DNA from: Candidatus Latescibacterota bacterium
Lineage (GTDB): Bacteria; Latescibacterota; UBA2968; GCA-2709665
Assembly (NCBI GenBank): GCA_965226795.1
Contig: CBDDDZ010000003.1
Span: 192,001 to 256,000, forward strand
Length of the DNA: 64,000 nt
Direction: 5' to 3'
Translations under genes and position numbers: made by a program
Notes under the pieces: generated by a model
What the model was told of the DNA's origin: nothing
The model's input: only the letters and a program-made list of their open reading frames with translations
Databases searched by the model: none
Shown: positions 40,602 through 50,390 of the stretch, piece by piece
Position numbering within the stretch: position 1 is the first letter of the stretch
Layout of the letters: each line of letters begins with the position of its first letter

Positions 40602-40759
40602 TTTAGCCCGATTATTTCATGAATTGTCATGGATGTTGAAATCCGCTTGAATATAGATGGCGTTCTCCGATCAATCAGAGCATATATAAAAAAGCGTTAA
40701 CTTAAAGCCTGGTTCAGCTCCCCCTCTCCTCGCAGGAGAGGGGGCTGGGGGGAGAGGTC
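40602..40759 (+). repeat. internally deleted copy of the 50391-50771 element
   Basis: Shared TTTAGCC.GATTA.TT.ATGAATTGTCA.GGA, AGATGGCGTTCTCC.ATCAATC.GAGC and CTCCCCCTCTCCTCGCAGGAGAGGGGGC.GGGGGGAGAGGTC. Confidence 0.75.
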
Positions 40760-40805
40760 CCCGGGACCGAGGGCTTCCAGCCCTCGTCGCGCCGTTGTTG
40801 CATTT

Positions 40806-40830
40806 GTAGGGGCAACTTTCAAAGTTGCCC
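40806..40830 (+). repeat. GTAG-tagged REP-like palindrome
   Basis: GTAGGGGCAACTTTCAAAGTTGCCC. Confidence 0.8.
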
Positions 40831-40884
40831 GCGACGCGGCGCAGATATTGCTTGTTGACATCGCCGGGCCGTACGGGTGACCGA

Positions 40885-41136
40885 TAATTGCTGCTCGCAG
40901 TCAGGAAGCTACGCCGGTTACGACCGCGACGCCATTCCAGAGCACTATCAGAGCAGAGCGCGTGGTTCCGTCCAACTCGGGAGATCGATATCCACTTTCG
41001 CAGGTAGGGCAGAAGTTTCGGTGCATCCCGTGAGGCAATTCGCGCTGTGCATATGGCAGGCGCCGCGCCTAACGGCGACTTTTGGTTCCTTTTGGTCGCT
41101 TCAAAAGGAACCCGCCGGAGGCAGGGAATTTTGGGA
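40885..41136 (+). repeat. ~250 bp dispersed element with conserved 3' hairpin (copy 2)
   Basis: Homologous to 36832-37085. Confidence 0.8.
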
Positions 41137-41278
41137 GATGTGGATATTGAATTTGGTTAACGCTTTAAGCTGACAGGTTAACGCTGACTCCTGGTTGTGT
41201 TTTGTTTGCCGTGTAGAGTCATTATATTTCAGTCGCCGTTCCCATTTGAGAGCCGATCGCATACACGATGAGGCATCG

Positions 41279-43015
41279 ATGCAAAAACACTCGATTTGGA
41301 CGCTCAGACATACAAGAGATTCCGATTCCAGCGCGGACGGTCCGGCCGGGCCGCTCGTGGACGTGGTGCTGGCAAACCGCGGTCTGACGGCCGACGATAT
41401 CGCGGATTCTCCAGAAGTACTTCAGGACCCGTTTTCCATGAAGGACATGGATCGCCTCACGGAGCGGATTGTGAAGGCGGTTCGCTCCGGCGAACGCATC
41501 GTCGTATTTGGCGACTATGACGTGGACGGGGTGACGAGTACGGCCGTATTTTTGGATTTTCTGGACAAGGTGGGAGCGGATGCCGTGTCCATCCTGCCGG
41601 ACCGCTACCAGGACGGATACGGGATGAAACCACCCGGCATCCAGCGAGCGATCGAAGCGGGCGCACGTCTGATCGTAACGGCGGACAACGGTATTTCTTC
41701 GTTTGAGGCGGTTGAGGCGGCGAATGAGGCCGGCATTGACGTGTTGGTGACCGATCATCATCAGCCTCAAGGTCGGCTGCCGGGCGCATTCGCGGTGGTC
41801 AATCCCAACCGCCCGGATTGCGTCTATGCGTTCAAGGGGCTCGCGGCCGTGGGGGTGGCATTCAAGGCGGTGCAGGCCCTTTCGGATACCCTTATCGAGG
41901 CATCCGAGCGCAGGGCATATCTGAACTCGCTGCTGGATCTGGTTGCCCTGGGAACGGTAGCGGATGTCGCGCCCATGCTGGGTGAGAACCGGTTGCTCAC
42001 CCGCAGGGGAATGCAGATTCTGGATCGGACGCAGCGTCCGGGGCTCCAGGCCTTGAAAGCCGTAGCCGGCGCCGATGCCCGTCCCGTGGATACGACGGCG
42101 ATCGGATACTTCCTGGGGCCGCGCCTCAACAGCGCCGGACGGCTGGCTTCAGCGGACCTGGCGCTGGAACTGGTCCGTACATCCGAGGCGAGCGAGGCGG
42201 CACGCCTGGCGGAGCGGCTGAACGAGCTAAACCTCAAGCGACGGGAACTCGAGCTTGTGGGCGTGAAACAGGCCGGGGTGCAGGTTGAATCGATGGGGCT
42301 GGACGCAAACCGGATTCTGATAGCGAAAGGCGAAAGCTGGCATCTGGGTGTGGTGGGGTTGATCGCGGGCCGCCTGAAGGAGCAGTACGGCAGGCCTTGC
42401 ATCGCCTGTACCGACGTTCGCGCGGATGGGAGTTTTACGGGCTCGGCACGTTCCGCGTCGGGCTACAATATAGCGGAGGCGATTTTCCGCTGTGCCGACC
42501 TGCTGACCGAGTACGGAGGGCACGCCGATGCGGCCGGCTTTACGGGTCCCCTCGGGCATTATGAAGCGTTCAAGACCCGGCTGGAGGCCGATGCGGCGGA
42601 GCGGATCTCGGATGAGGATATGAAAACCCGGCTGGAACTGGATGCAACGCTTCTGCCAGTGGAGATTTCGCTGGATACGGTCTCGGCGCTGTCTGTCCTG
42701 GCCCCGTTCGGTCCGGGAAACGAAGCGCCGCTGTTTTTGGTGCAAGACTGTACGATCGAACGCGCCATTGCGGTTGGGAAAGGGGCGCACTTAAAGATGA
42801 ATCTGGACACGGGGTCGTCCGCCGCCCGGGCGGGCGGCTCGGCGCGGTCGAGCCCGCGGATATGTGACGCGATATGGTGGGGACAGGGCGAACTGGCCGG
42901 ACGGCTTCGCCGGGGCGGTCGCGTGGACGTTGCCTGCGCTATCGAGGCCAACACCTGGAACGGACGGACACAGGTGCAGCTTGTTGTGGAGGATATGCGC
43001 CCCGCGGAGGGATGA
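41279..43015 (+). CDS. recJ: single-stranded-DNA exonuclease RecJ
   Basis: GDYDVDGVTST, TADNG, TDHH, GTVADV, GPRLNSAGRL, GSARS, GGH..AAG, PFGPGN. Confidence 0.95.
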   Translation: MQKHSIWTLRHTRDSDSSADGPAGPLVDVVLANRGLTADDIADSPEVLQDPFSMKDMDRLTERIVKAVRSGERIVVFGDYDVDGVTSTAVFLDFLDKVGADAVSILPDRYQDGYGMKPPGIQRAIEAGARLIVTADNGISSFEAVEAANEAGIDVLVTDHHQPQGRLPGAFAVVNPNRPDCVYAFKGLAAVGVAFKAVQALSDTLIEASERRAYLNSLLDLVALGTVADVAPMLGENRLLTRRGMQILDRTQRPGLQALKAVAGADARPVDTTAIGYFLGPRLNSAGRLASADLALELVRTSEASEAARLAERLNELNLKRRELELVGVKQAGVQVESMGLDANRILIAKGESWHLGVVGLIAGRLKEQYGRPCIACTDVRADGSFTGSARSASGYNIAEAIFRCADLLTEYGGHADAAGFTGPLGHYEAFKTRLEADAAERISDEDMKTRLELDATLLPVEISLDTVSALSVLAPFGPGNEAPLFLVQDCTIERAIAVGKGAHLKMNLDTGSSAARAGGSARSSPRICDAIWWGQGELAGRLRRGGRVDVACAIEANTWNGRTQVQLVVEDMRPAEG

Positions 43016-43041
43016 AAGAGAACCCGCTTCAGCCCGGTTTC

Positions 43042-44040
43042 TCACGTCATAATCGAAACTTCGACTCGCTTCCCGGTCCGGGCGGATTCGTGAGCGGCCG
43101 CGGCCACGGCGACAACACGCCGCCCGTCCCTGCCGTCGGATTTCGGCGCTTCGCCCCTCTGAATGCAACCGATGAAGTGAGCGATCTCGTCTTCCAGGCC
43201 GTTGTTCCGGGGTACCTCTATGGCGGTAGTCTTCTCGCCGTGCCGGGCGAATAAGATAGGCCCTTCCGAGACGTTGAGCTTGAGCGCACCTCCTGTTCCG
43301 GCAACGCCGAGTTCGTAGCTGTTGACCGGGTAGACGCGGCTGCTGCTTAAAGAGCCGATGGCGCCCGAGGCGAATTCGATGCCGATGAAGATGCTTTCTT
43401 CGATTTCGTTCGCCGGATCCCCTCCATATCTCATGACAGCATTGACGGCACGGATTTCACCGGCAAGCCAGGCCAGTTGGTCCAGTTCGTGGCTGTACAT
43501 GGAAAACATACCGCCGTAGTGTTCCTTCCGGGTCTGCCATCCGCCGACGCCGCCCGGCGCGGCGGTGCCCAGACGTACGGCATGCGCGAGGGTAATTTCA
43601 CCGACGTCTCCCCGGGCAACCCGCCGTTTGAGTTCCTGATAAGCGGCCTGAAACCGGCGGACATAGCCGATCATCAGGAATACGTTGGACTGTTCGGCGG
43701 CGCGGACCATCGTATCGCAGTCTTCAACGTTCAGCGCCATTGGTTTTTCGCAGAAGACGTGGGCGCCCGCAAGCGCCGCGTCTTTACTGATGCGGCTGTG
43801 CGTGTGGTTGGGCGTGACAACCAGTACGGCGTCCGGTTTCTCGGCGGCCAGCATGGCGCGATGATCCTCGTAGGGCTTCGGCCCGGAATTCAGCTGCGCG
43901 ACAAGCTGCGCGGCGGATTCCGATACCACGTCGCAGACGGCGACAAGCCGCGCGCCCGCCATCGCTTCTACGTTTCTGGCGTGGGCGCGACCCAGCCCAC
44001 CGCATCCCGCGAGCGCGATTTTTAGAGGTTCTCCCGGCAT
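43042..44040 (-). CDS. Gfo/Idh/MocA family oxidoreductase
   Basis: AGCGGLGRAH, TPNHTH, CEKPMA, GYVRRF, HELD. Confidence 0.9.
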   Translation of the reverse strand: MPGEPLKIALAGCGGLGRAHARNVEAMAGARLVAVCDVVSESAAQLVAQLNSGPKPYEDHRAMLAAEKPDAVLVVTPNHTHSRISKDAALAGAHVFCEKPMALNVEDCDTMVRAAEQSNVFLMIGYVRRFQAAYQELKRRVARGDVGEITLAHAVRLGTAAPGGVGGWQTRKEHYGGMFSMYSHELDQLAWLAGEIRAVNAVMRYGGDPANEIEESIFIGIEFASGAIGSLSSSRVYPVNSYELGVAGTGGALKLNVSEGPILFARHGEKTTAIEVPRNNGLEDEIAHFIGCIQRGEAPKSDGRDGRRVVAVAAAAHESARTGKRVEVSIMT

Positions 44041-44097
44041 TTTGGCCTCACTATTAGCTCGAAGGGATTGGAATTCGACCAGTGCCGCGGCGGATTC

Positions 44098-45111
44098 TCA
44101 TTGCAACTGGATCGTCATGGAACCCTGTTCGGCGGATTCTTCCGCCGCAAAACACGCGGCGTGGGTGTTGACGGCTACGGTAAGATTGTTGTGCGATTCG
44201 GCATCGTCCTGGATACATTCGACAAGATGATCGATCATTTCCTGGAAAGGATGGTCGGCAACGGCGCCGCTGTCGGGCATTACCGCGGGAAAACTGCCGA
44301 AGGCGTTCTGGCCGGATAGCTGCCGGGTGTAGAACTGATTGTTTCTGATCACGCCCTCCGTGCCGAAGACCTCCAGGTTGAAGACATAGGGCATGAAGAA
44401 GGCCGTGGAACCTGAGATCTTTCCGGCGGCGCCCCCCGCGAATTCCACCGTTGCGACCGTCGTGGAGCGGTAGTCCTCCGCATGGGTTCGATGGCGCGGA
44501 GAAACGCCCGTTACCCGGGTGACCATGTCGTTGTTCAGGATGTAACGGGCGGCGTCCAGGGCATGGCATCCGCCGTGCACAATGGCGCCGTTCACCAGCG
44601 GGTTCCAACCGGCGCGGCTGAATTTTTCGGGACGCGCGTTGGTGGGACCGTGCCAGTAGTCCGCCTGAACAAGCAGAGGGACGCCGACCCAGCCCTTCTC
44701 GATAGCCCGTTTGATGGAAATGATGAGGGGGTTCCACCGAAGCACGAAGCCGACAACGGTTTTGACGCCTGCGGCGACCACGGCCCGGTGCATCGCATCC
44801 AGTTCGTCGGGGTTCGTGGCCACGGGTTTTTCAATCAGCAGGTGTTTGCCGGCGGCGGCGGCGGCAATCGCTTCATTGGCGTGGCGGTCCGGCGGAGTAC
44901 AGATGGAAACGACGTCGACTTCCAGATGTTCGAGAAGCCTGTCGTAGTTATCGTAGAGATCGCATTCAACGCCCAGTTCGACCATTTTTTTTCGGGCGCT
45001 TTCCAGCGTCCGGCTCCCGATGGCGACTACCCGGGTGTGCGGGTTGTTCAGGTAGGCCCTGATGTGCTCGGTGGCGACATTTCCTGCACCCTGGATTGCA
45101 ACGCCAAGCAT
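44098..45111 (-). CDS. Gfo/Idh/MocA family oxidoreductase
   Basis: GAGNVATEH, TPPDRH, IEKPVA, GFVLRW, HALD. Confidence 0.9.
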   Translation of the reverse strand: MLGVAIQGAGNVATEHIRAYLNNPHTRVVAIGSRTLESARKKMVELGVECDLYDNYDRLLEHLEVDVVSICTPPDRHANEAIAAAAAGKHLLIEKPVATNPDELDAMHRAVVAAGVKTVVGFVLRWNPLIISIKRAIEKGWVGVPLLVQADYWHGPTNARPEKFSRAGWNPLVNGAIVHGGCHALDAARYILNNDMVTRVTGVSPRHRTHAEDYRSTTVATVEFAGGAAGKISGSTAFFMPYVFNLEVFGTEGVIRNNQFYTRQLSGQNAFGSFPAVMPDSGAVADHPFQEMIDHLVECIQDDAESHNNLTVAVNTHAACFAAEESAEQGSMTIQLQ

Positions 45112-45414
45112 GGCTTCTCCCTTTGGATTCTTCCGGTGGCATGATATTCAAGGCTTCAGGCGGACGACCTGAGAAGGCCTATCCCTGATTCTGACGCGTG
45201 TCGAACGCAAAGATACAAGCCCGTCGTGACGCCGTCAAGACGGATCCCGGTACGCCCCTTGTAATCATCGTTCAGGACCGACGGGGCATCTGACGTTCGC
45301 CTGTACATGGTCGGCGACCTTGGAAGGCGGCCCGGTGAACCGTTGATTTTTCAGGGAGGCCGCTTTATTTTAGCGCGGTACGTCGAGTCTGTCTCCTCAT
45401 ATGCGGGGTGCATC

Positions 45415-46275
45415 TTGCCGAAACGGATCAACAAAGCTATCGAGCTGCTGGAACAGGGACAGCCGATTTACTATGTCGGCGTCTCTGAAGTGTCGTACGA
45501 CGCGGGCCGGGAGATGGCCGGGACCTGGGCCGACTATATCAACGTCAGCATGGAGCACGGGGCGTTCGATATGCGCGGCCTCGCCGAGTTCATGCGAGGC
45601 CTGGTGGACGGCGGTCCCACGGCCAGCGGGCACCGGACGCCGGCCGTCATCGTTGATCTGCCGGTGGAGGGGTCGAGTGAAGCGGCGGTTCGCGCCAACG
45701 CCTGGATGTTCAAGCAGGCGCTGGCCCGAGGCGTGCACGGGATTCTCCTGTGCCATGCCGACGACCCGGAGGGCGTCCGGGCCTTTGTGGAAAGTTGCAG
45801 GTATCCGTTCCGGAAACCGCCGGCGGGGCACAGTGACGGCCGTCGCGGCGCCGGGGGGCAGGGCTGGGCAGCGCAGATATGGGGCGTACCCGCAAACCGA
45901 TATCTTGAGAAGGCCGATCCGTGGCCGCTGAATCCGGACGGAGAACTGATGCTGGGCGTGAAAATCGAGAACAAACGCGCGCTTGCCAACGCGGAGGCGA
46001 CGGCGAAGGTGCGGGGGCTCGCCTTCGGCGAGTGGGGCCCCGGAGATATGGGGATGTCGCTTGGGCACGCCGATCGGCACGACCCGCCCTATCCGCCTGA
46101 AATGGGGGCTGCCCGGGCCCGCGTGATGGCGGCCTGCAAGGACGCCGGTCTGTTCTTCCTGAACAGCGCGAATGCCGGCAACGTCACGGAGATGATTGAC
46201 GAGGGCGTGATGATCTGCTCCGGAGGCGGGGAGGCCGTGGCGAAGTTGGGGCGGGCGTATACAGGCAGAAAATAA
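45415..46275 (+). CDS. HpcH/HpaI aldolase/citrate lyase family protein
   Basis: MEHG.FD, RGAGG, GVKIE, WGPGDMGMS; start codon uncertain (TTG 45415). Confidence 0.75.
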   Translation: MPKRINKAIELLEQGQPIYYVGVSEVSYDAGREMAGTWADYINVSMEHGAFDMRGLAEFMRGLVDGGPTASGHRTPAVIVDLPVEGSSEAAVRANAWMFKQALARGVHGILLCHADDPEGVRAFVESCRYPFRKPPAGHSDGRRGAGGQGWAAQIWGVPANRYLEKADPWPLNPDGELMLGVKIENKRALANAEATAKVRGLAFGEWGPGDMGMSLGHADRHDPPYPPEMGAARARVMAACKDAGLFFLNSANAGNVTEMIDEGVMICSGGGEAVAKLGRAYTGRK

Positions 46276-46462
46276 ACCCATTTCAGGTCGAACGCGACCG
46301 AACAATCGGATCTTAATTAGACTGACGGCTATCCGTCGGAGAAAGGAGCGCAAACACGAACGAATACCGTTGCTCCTGGCGCTTGCCGCAGGACCTTGTT
46401 GGCAAGCGACGAAAACACGGTCGTCAAAACTGTCGGTGAATCGTTAGCAGGGGAGGGAAGAG

Positions 46463-47167
46463 ATGTCTAACTCAATCATTCGTACAATAGTCGAGGTCCT
46501 GTTGGCGGCGGCGTGCGCGTACCTGGCGTACATCGCGTACATCGCCCCCATAAATGTCACCATCAACTACGATGCCGAGAATTCCATTCAGATGCGGATC
46601 GAGGACAAAATGGTGGCGCACGGCGCGGTGCTGGACTCGATCTGGAACAAGGATTTCGCCAGAGAAGCGACGCTCGGATGGTTGACTGCAAAGGACGTCT
46701 ATCACTACCAGGACAGCGGATTGGTCGGTCGCCTCGGCGACGCGATGCCGGACGCGACAACACATGGAAACGGCGAAACACTGGATGAGCGGAAAGCCCG
46801 CCTGGAGGGCGCGATTGCGGAAAATCCTCTGATTGCCGATCTTCGCGGCCGGGCGCGTGAACTGCAACCTCCCTTTCAGTATATCGGCAAAGAGGTCCGC
46901 GTGGGCGTCCCGATCGGAAACAGACCTCGAAAAAATGTGGCGTACGTCGCCTTCGGGAGCGAGTTCGACGGCAGGGTCGTTGAGATCTGGAATCCCATGA
47001 ATGATAAGCGCCTGGCGGTGTCTGCGCAGGGTGCATTCCTTCCCACAACCGCGGTTACGATCGACTTTCAGTTGAACAGGCGACAGGCGATAGACCTGTT
47101 CGATCGCGTTGAGCAGACCGCGGACGCGGTGGCAATCATGCTTCCGGCATCGACGCCGGCGCCGTAG
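46463..47167 (+). CDS. hypothetical membrane-anchored protein
   Basis: Purine-rich RBS, N-terminal TM helix, 234-aa ORF. Confidence 0.65.
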   Translation: MSNSIIRTIVEVLLAAACAYLAYIAYIAPINVTINYDAENSIQMRIEDKMVAHGAVLDSIWNKDFAREATLGWLTAKDVYHYQDSGLVGRLGDAMPDATTHGNGETLDERKARLEGAIAENPLIADLRGRARELQPPFQYIGKEVRVGVPIGNRPRKNVAYVAFGSEFDGRVVEIWNPMNDKRLAVSAQGAFLPTTAVTIDFQLNRRQAIDLFDRVEQTADAVAIMLPASTPAP

Positions 47168-47306
47168 ACGCGTTGAGAACGCCTCTCGATGGATTGATCG
47201 ACAGACCCGATGCGACTCTGGTCACTGCATCCCCGCTATCCGATCCGGCAATTGTAAGATCACCGGCGGCTCAGCGCTTCTGCATTGCGCGGCCGCCGGT
47301 TTGCTT

Positions 47307-47472
47307 TAGCAGCCCGTTGAAAAAGTCCATCCGGGCTGCGGCCGGCCCTTGTGGCCGAATTACTGCGTTGCACTCCCTCCCCGAATCCCCCGATTCGACG
47401 CGGTCGCGCGCCTTGTCTTCGGCCACAATGACTCGGCCTCGCCTGCAGAGCGACTTTATCAACGGACTGTTA
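47307..47472. mobile_element. MITE (~166 bp) with ~21 bp terminal inverted repeats
   Basis: TAGCAGCCCGTTGAAAAAGTC ... GACTTTATCAACGGACTGTTA, with TTAG at both ends. Confidence 0.7.
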
Positions 47473-47523
47473 GCCCCCGCCATTCCGAGTTCCATTCCTC
47501 GAATCATTCCTCCCACCGTCCAT

Positions 47524-48060
47524 CTACCGCCCCAACAGTTGTTCGAGGGCCCATTCCAACTCCGTTCCGGTATCCGGGCCGTAGCCCATTTGCATGAACC
47601 TGAGACGGCCCTTCCCGTCAATCAGGTAGGTGGTTGGAATGCTCCGGATTTCGTAGTCGGATTGAACGCCCGGATCGGCGAACAGAACCGGAAAAGTGTA
47701 ACCGTTTTTCCTTACAAACGGTTTCACGCGCGCCCGATCGAAGTCCGTGCTGATGGCAAGTACGGTCAGGCCTTTGTTGCGGTATCGTTCGTGTAATTTC
47801 TGAACGTGGGGTAATTCGTACAGGCACGGCACGCACCAGGTGGCCCAGAAGTTGATCAGGACAACACGGCCCTTATTCTCGGACAACCGGACTACCGAAC
47901 CGTCCAGACCATCCAGCGCAAAGTCGGACGCGGCCGGTCCCACGGGCAGTGCGTTCTCCGGCTCCGGCGTCTCGACGAATATCTGACCCAATGCGACGCC
48001 GGCCAGAACCACTCCCGCGGCGATCAACACGGTGTACTTCCATCCGAACCTCAGTTGCAT
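47524..48060 (-). CDS. TlpA/ResA-like thiol-disulfide reductase
   Basis: INFWATWCVPC..ELP, IPTTYLID..G; N-terminal anchor. Confidence 0.9.
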   Translation of the reverse strand: MQLRFGWKYTVLIAAGVVLAGVALGQIFVETPEPENALPVGPAASDFALDGLDGSVVRLSENKGRVVLINFWATWCVPCLYELPHVQKLHERYRNKGLTVLAISTDFDRARVKPFVRKNGYTFPVLFADPGVQSDYEIRSIPTTYLIDGKGRLRFMQMGYGPDTGTELEWALEQLLGR

Positions 48061-48162
48061 ACGTCAAACCCCTTCCGTTCTGGAGACAGGTTCTCTCGCG
48101 CCCGTTCTTCTATCTGTCAAATATGTATCGTTGCAGGTGTACCCATTGGCAGGCAAGGCATC

Positions 48163-49311
48163 TCAAGGCGTGAAAATCAGGATTTTGGCCGTGATATCCC
48201 CGCCATCCGTCGGAATCCCACGGGTCGAATTGTCCGCGGTCTTCAATCCGCCGGCGACCATCACCCGGCCGTCTTCAAGGAGCGTGACCGACGACAGGGT
48301 CCGCCACGGTGCGATGCTGTATCCCGTAGGAGAAAATGCATGTGTGGCCGGATCATACAGTACAATATCGCCGTTAATGGAGCGGATGAGAAACACATTT
48401 CCGGACGGCAGCAGCAGGGCGGCGCTCGGATCGATTGTAGAAACGCCTGCCGGCGAAAACGAGTTTGTTTCAGGGTCGTACATCTCGGCGGTATGTACGA
48501 AAGGACCTGTACCGGCTTTGCCGCCTACGATCAGGACCCTGCCGTCCTGTAGAAGCACCGCCTTATGGTTTACGCGGTCGAACTGCAAGTCGCCTGCTTC
48601 TGAAAAAGCTTTGGACGAGGGATCGTAAATCAGATTCCGTCCGACCAACCCGTCCTCGATTCCGCCGCGTATTCCTCCAACGATCAGCACCCGGCCGTCC
48701 TTCAACAAAGTCGCCGTATGGAGTCTACGTCGATCGTCCATCGCGAAGATTGATGTGAATGCACGTACATCCGTGTCAAAGACACCCGTGTGTTCTACGC
48801 TAGTCACAAAGACCGCTCCGCTGTGAAGCAGGGTTGTGGTCTGGATAGTTGTATTGGAGGGTACGTCCGCCAGGGCGTCGAATATCCCTGAATCAGGATT
48901 GAACATTTCAATAGTTATATGACCATACCTGGGCATGATCAGGACGCGACCGTCGGGAAGCGATATTCCGTGGTCCGAATGACGACTGACGGTCATGTTT
49001 CCCGTTGGCGAAGAGGTCCCGGTCACCGGATCGAATATCTCTGCGCTGATATGACGCTTCGTCTTGGGAATAACGGCATTCGCGGGAGGCGGTTCCGCGA
49101 ACACGGGAAGTAATTCCGCATAGCCGCCGCCGATCAGGACCTTGCCATTCTGCATTAACGTCGCGACATGCTCATACCGCGGTTGGGTCAGACTCCCGAC
49201 CTCATGAAGACCCCTTTCGAGGGCTGGCGGCTCCGACGTCGTCACCGAATCTCCTCCACAAGCCCAGAAGCTCCATAGGACAAACAGCGCAAACAAGATT
49301 CTGGCAGTCAT
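48163..49311 (-). CDS. Kelch-repeat (galactose-oxidase-like beta-propeller) lipoprotein, paralog 1
   Basis: Lipobox FWAC; repeats of H.ATLL.DGRVLI.GG...AE.YDP. Confidence 0.85.
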   Translation of the reverse strand: MTARILFALFVLWSFWACGGDSVTTSEPPALERGLHEVGSLTQPRYEHVATLMQNGKVLIGGGYAELLPVFAEPPPANAVIPKTKRHISAEIFDPVTGTSSPTGNMTVSRHSDHGISLPDGRVLIMPRYGHITIEMFNPDSGIFDALADVPSNTTIQTTTLLHSGAVFVTSVEHTGVFDTDVRAFTSIFAMDDRRRLHTATLLKDGRVLIVGGIRGGIEDGLVGRNLIYDPSSKAFSEAGDLQFDRVNHKAVLLQDGRVLIVGGKAGTGPFVHTAEMYDPETNSFSPAGVSTIDPSAALLLPSGNVFLIRSINGDIVLYDPATHAFSPTGYSIAPWRTLSSVTLLEDGRVMVAGGLKTADNSTRGIPTDGGDITAKILIFTP

Positions 49312-49371
49312 CTCTTTACCTCGCGTCAAGGTTCTGTAAGTGCGACATCTACGCGATAGGGCTGCCAAGGC

Positions 49372-49396
49372 GGGCAGACAGGAATGTCTGCCCCAC
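49372..49396 (-). repeat. GTGG/GTAG-type REP-like palindrome
   Basis: Reverse complement GTGGGGCAGACATTCCTGTCTGCCC. Confidence 0.7.
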
Positions 49397-49474
49397 CTTC
49401 ACACTGGCTTCCTCAGAGTTAACGTGTTGGCAAAGATTCGACGGATGCGTTTCGCGAATGATGATCCGCCGCCC

Positions 49475-49623
49475 TGTCATTCTGAGCGCAGTCGAAAATC
49501 TCCTGCCGAAGCGTGGTCATTGCCTGTATTGCTTGGTTGTTTACGCTGCCTGTACTGAGCCTGTTGAAACGAGCTTGTCGACGTGCCTTCACTCGGCGGC
49601 CGAATTTCGGCAATCTATTTCCG
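49475..49623. repeat. TGTCATTCTGAGCGCAGTCGAA palindrome unit joined to a MITE end
   Basis: Matches 60411-60460; 49590-49623 is the reverse complement of the MITE left arm (24287/28602). Confidence 0.7.
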
Positions 49624-50278
49624 CGCGGGTCGCGCGGGATTCGGTCCTTCCGTTCCCTTCGCTGATGTCTATCGGCGTGTGAATTCTGAATGCTGGAAAG
49701 CCGTTCTTCCCTCTCGCACGGGTCAGCGGTTCGCTCCGACCTACCGGATCCATCGGTCTGCCATTGCCCGCCCATGTCGCCTCACCTGAATCCGGCGAGC
49801 CGGTTCGGCGCCCCCGGAACCTTTCAAGGTTATCCATAAATAGATCAAGCATATTGAACAGGAATTCTTCGTAAGACTGTTTCGCGCCTTCGCTGGCGGC
49901 CTTTTCGTTCTGCACGCTGTCAGCCACTTCGTCGAGACTGTTCCTGACCTGACGCGCCAGGCGTCCAATGGCGTCTGCAGCAGTCGACTCCTCTGCGAAG
50001 TCAATGGATACTTGCATATTGAAAGCCCGTGCGTAAATCGCCAGGTCCTCCAGTTTGAGCCGGTCGTTCCTGCTGTTCTCGATTCTCGAGATTTTGTTCT
50101 GCGTGCAACCGGCCCGTTGCGCCAGTTCCGCCTGAGTCAAATCCCGAGAACAACGCAACGTACAAAGAGCCCGTGAAACATTGTAATCCGCAAGATGACC
50201 CTCAAGTTCATCGTGGAAGGTTCTGTCCGGTACGGTGTCACGCACCATTTCAGACACCGATGCATAACGCTTTTCCAT
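49589..50278 (-). CDS. XRE-family HTH protein (antitoxin/regulator-like)
   Basis: LR..RDLTQAELAQRAGCTQNKISRIE; stop codon lies inside the adjacent repeat. Confidence 0.8.
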   Translation of the reverse strand: MEKRYASVSEMVRDTVPDRTFHDELEGHLADYNVSRALCTLRCSRDLTQAELAQRAGCTQNKISRIENSRNDRLKLEDLAIYARAFNMQVSIDFAEESTAADAIGRLARQVRNSLDEVADSVQNEKAASEGAKQSYEEFLFNMLDLFMDNLERFRGRRTGSPDSGEATWAGNGRPMDPVGRSEPLTRARGKNGFPAFRIHTPIDISEGNGRTESRATRAEIDCRNSAAE

Positions 50279-50390
50279 TACGACGCTCCCTTTGAAGACT
50301 ATCGACAAACGCTCGGCAGATACCGAGATCCTTTTTCTGAATGTTCTGGAAACTGAAAACCACGAGGTGAGGTTATTCGTACCACGATCT

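Noticed and set aside
40877..41173. 98-aa ORF in the 250-bp element, also ORFs 36790-37299 and 36935-37285
   Set aside because: The frame is not preserved between the two copies because of an indel, and there is no RBS or motif.
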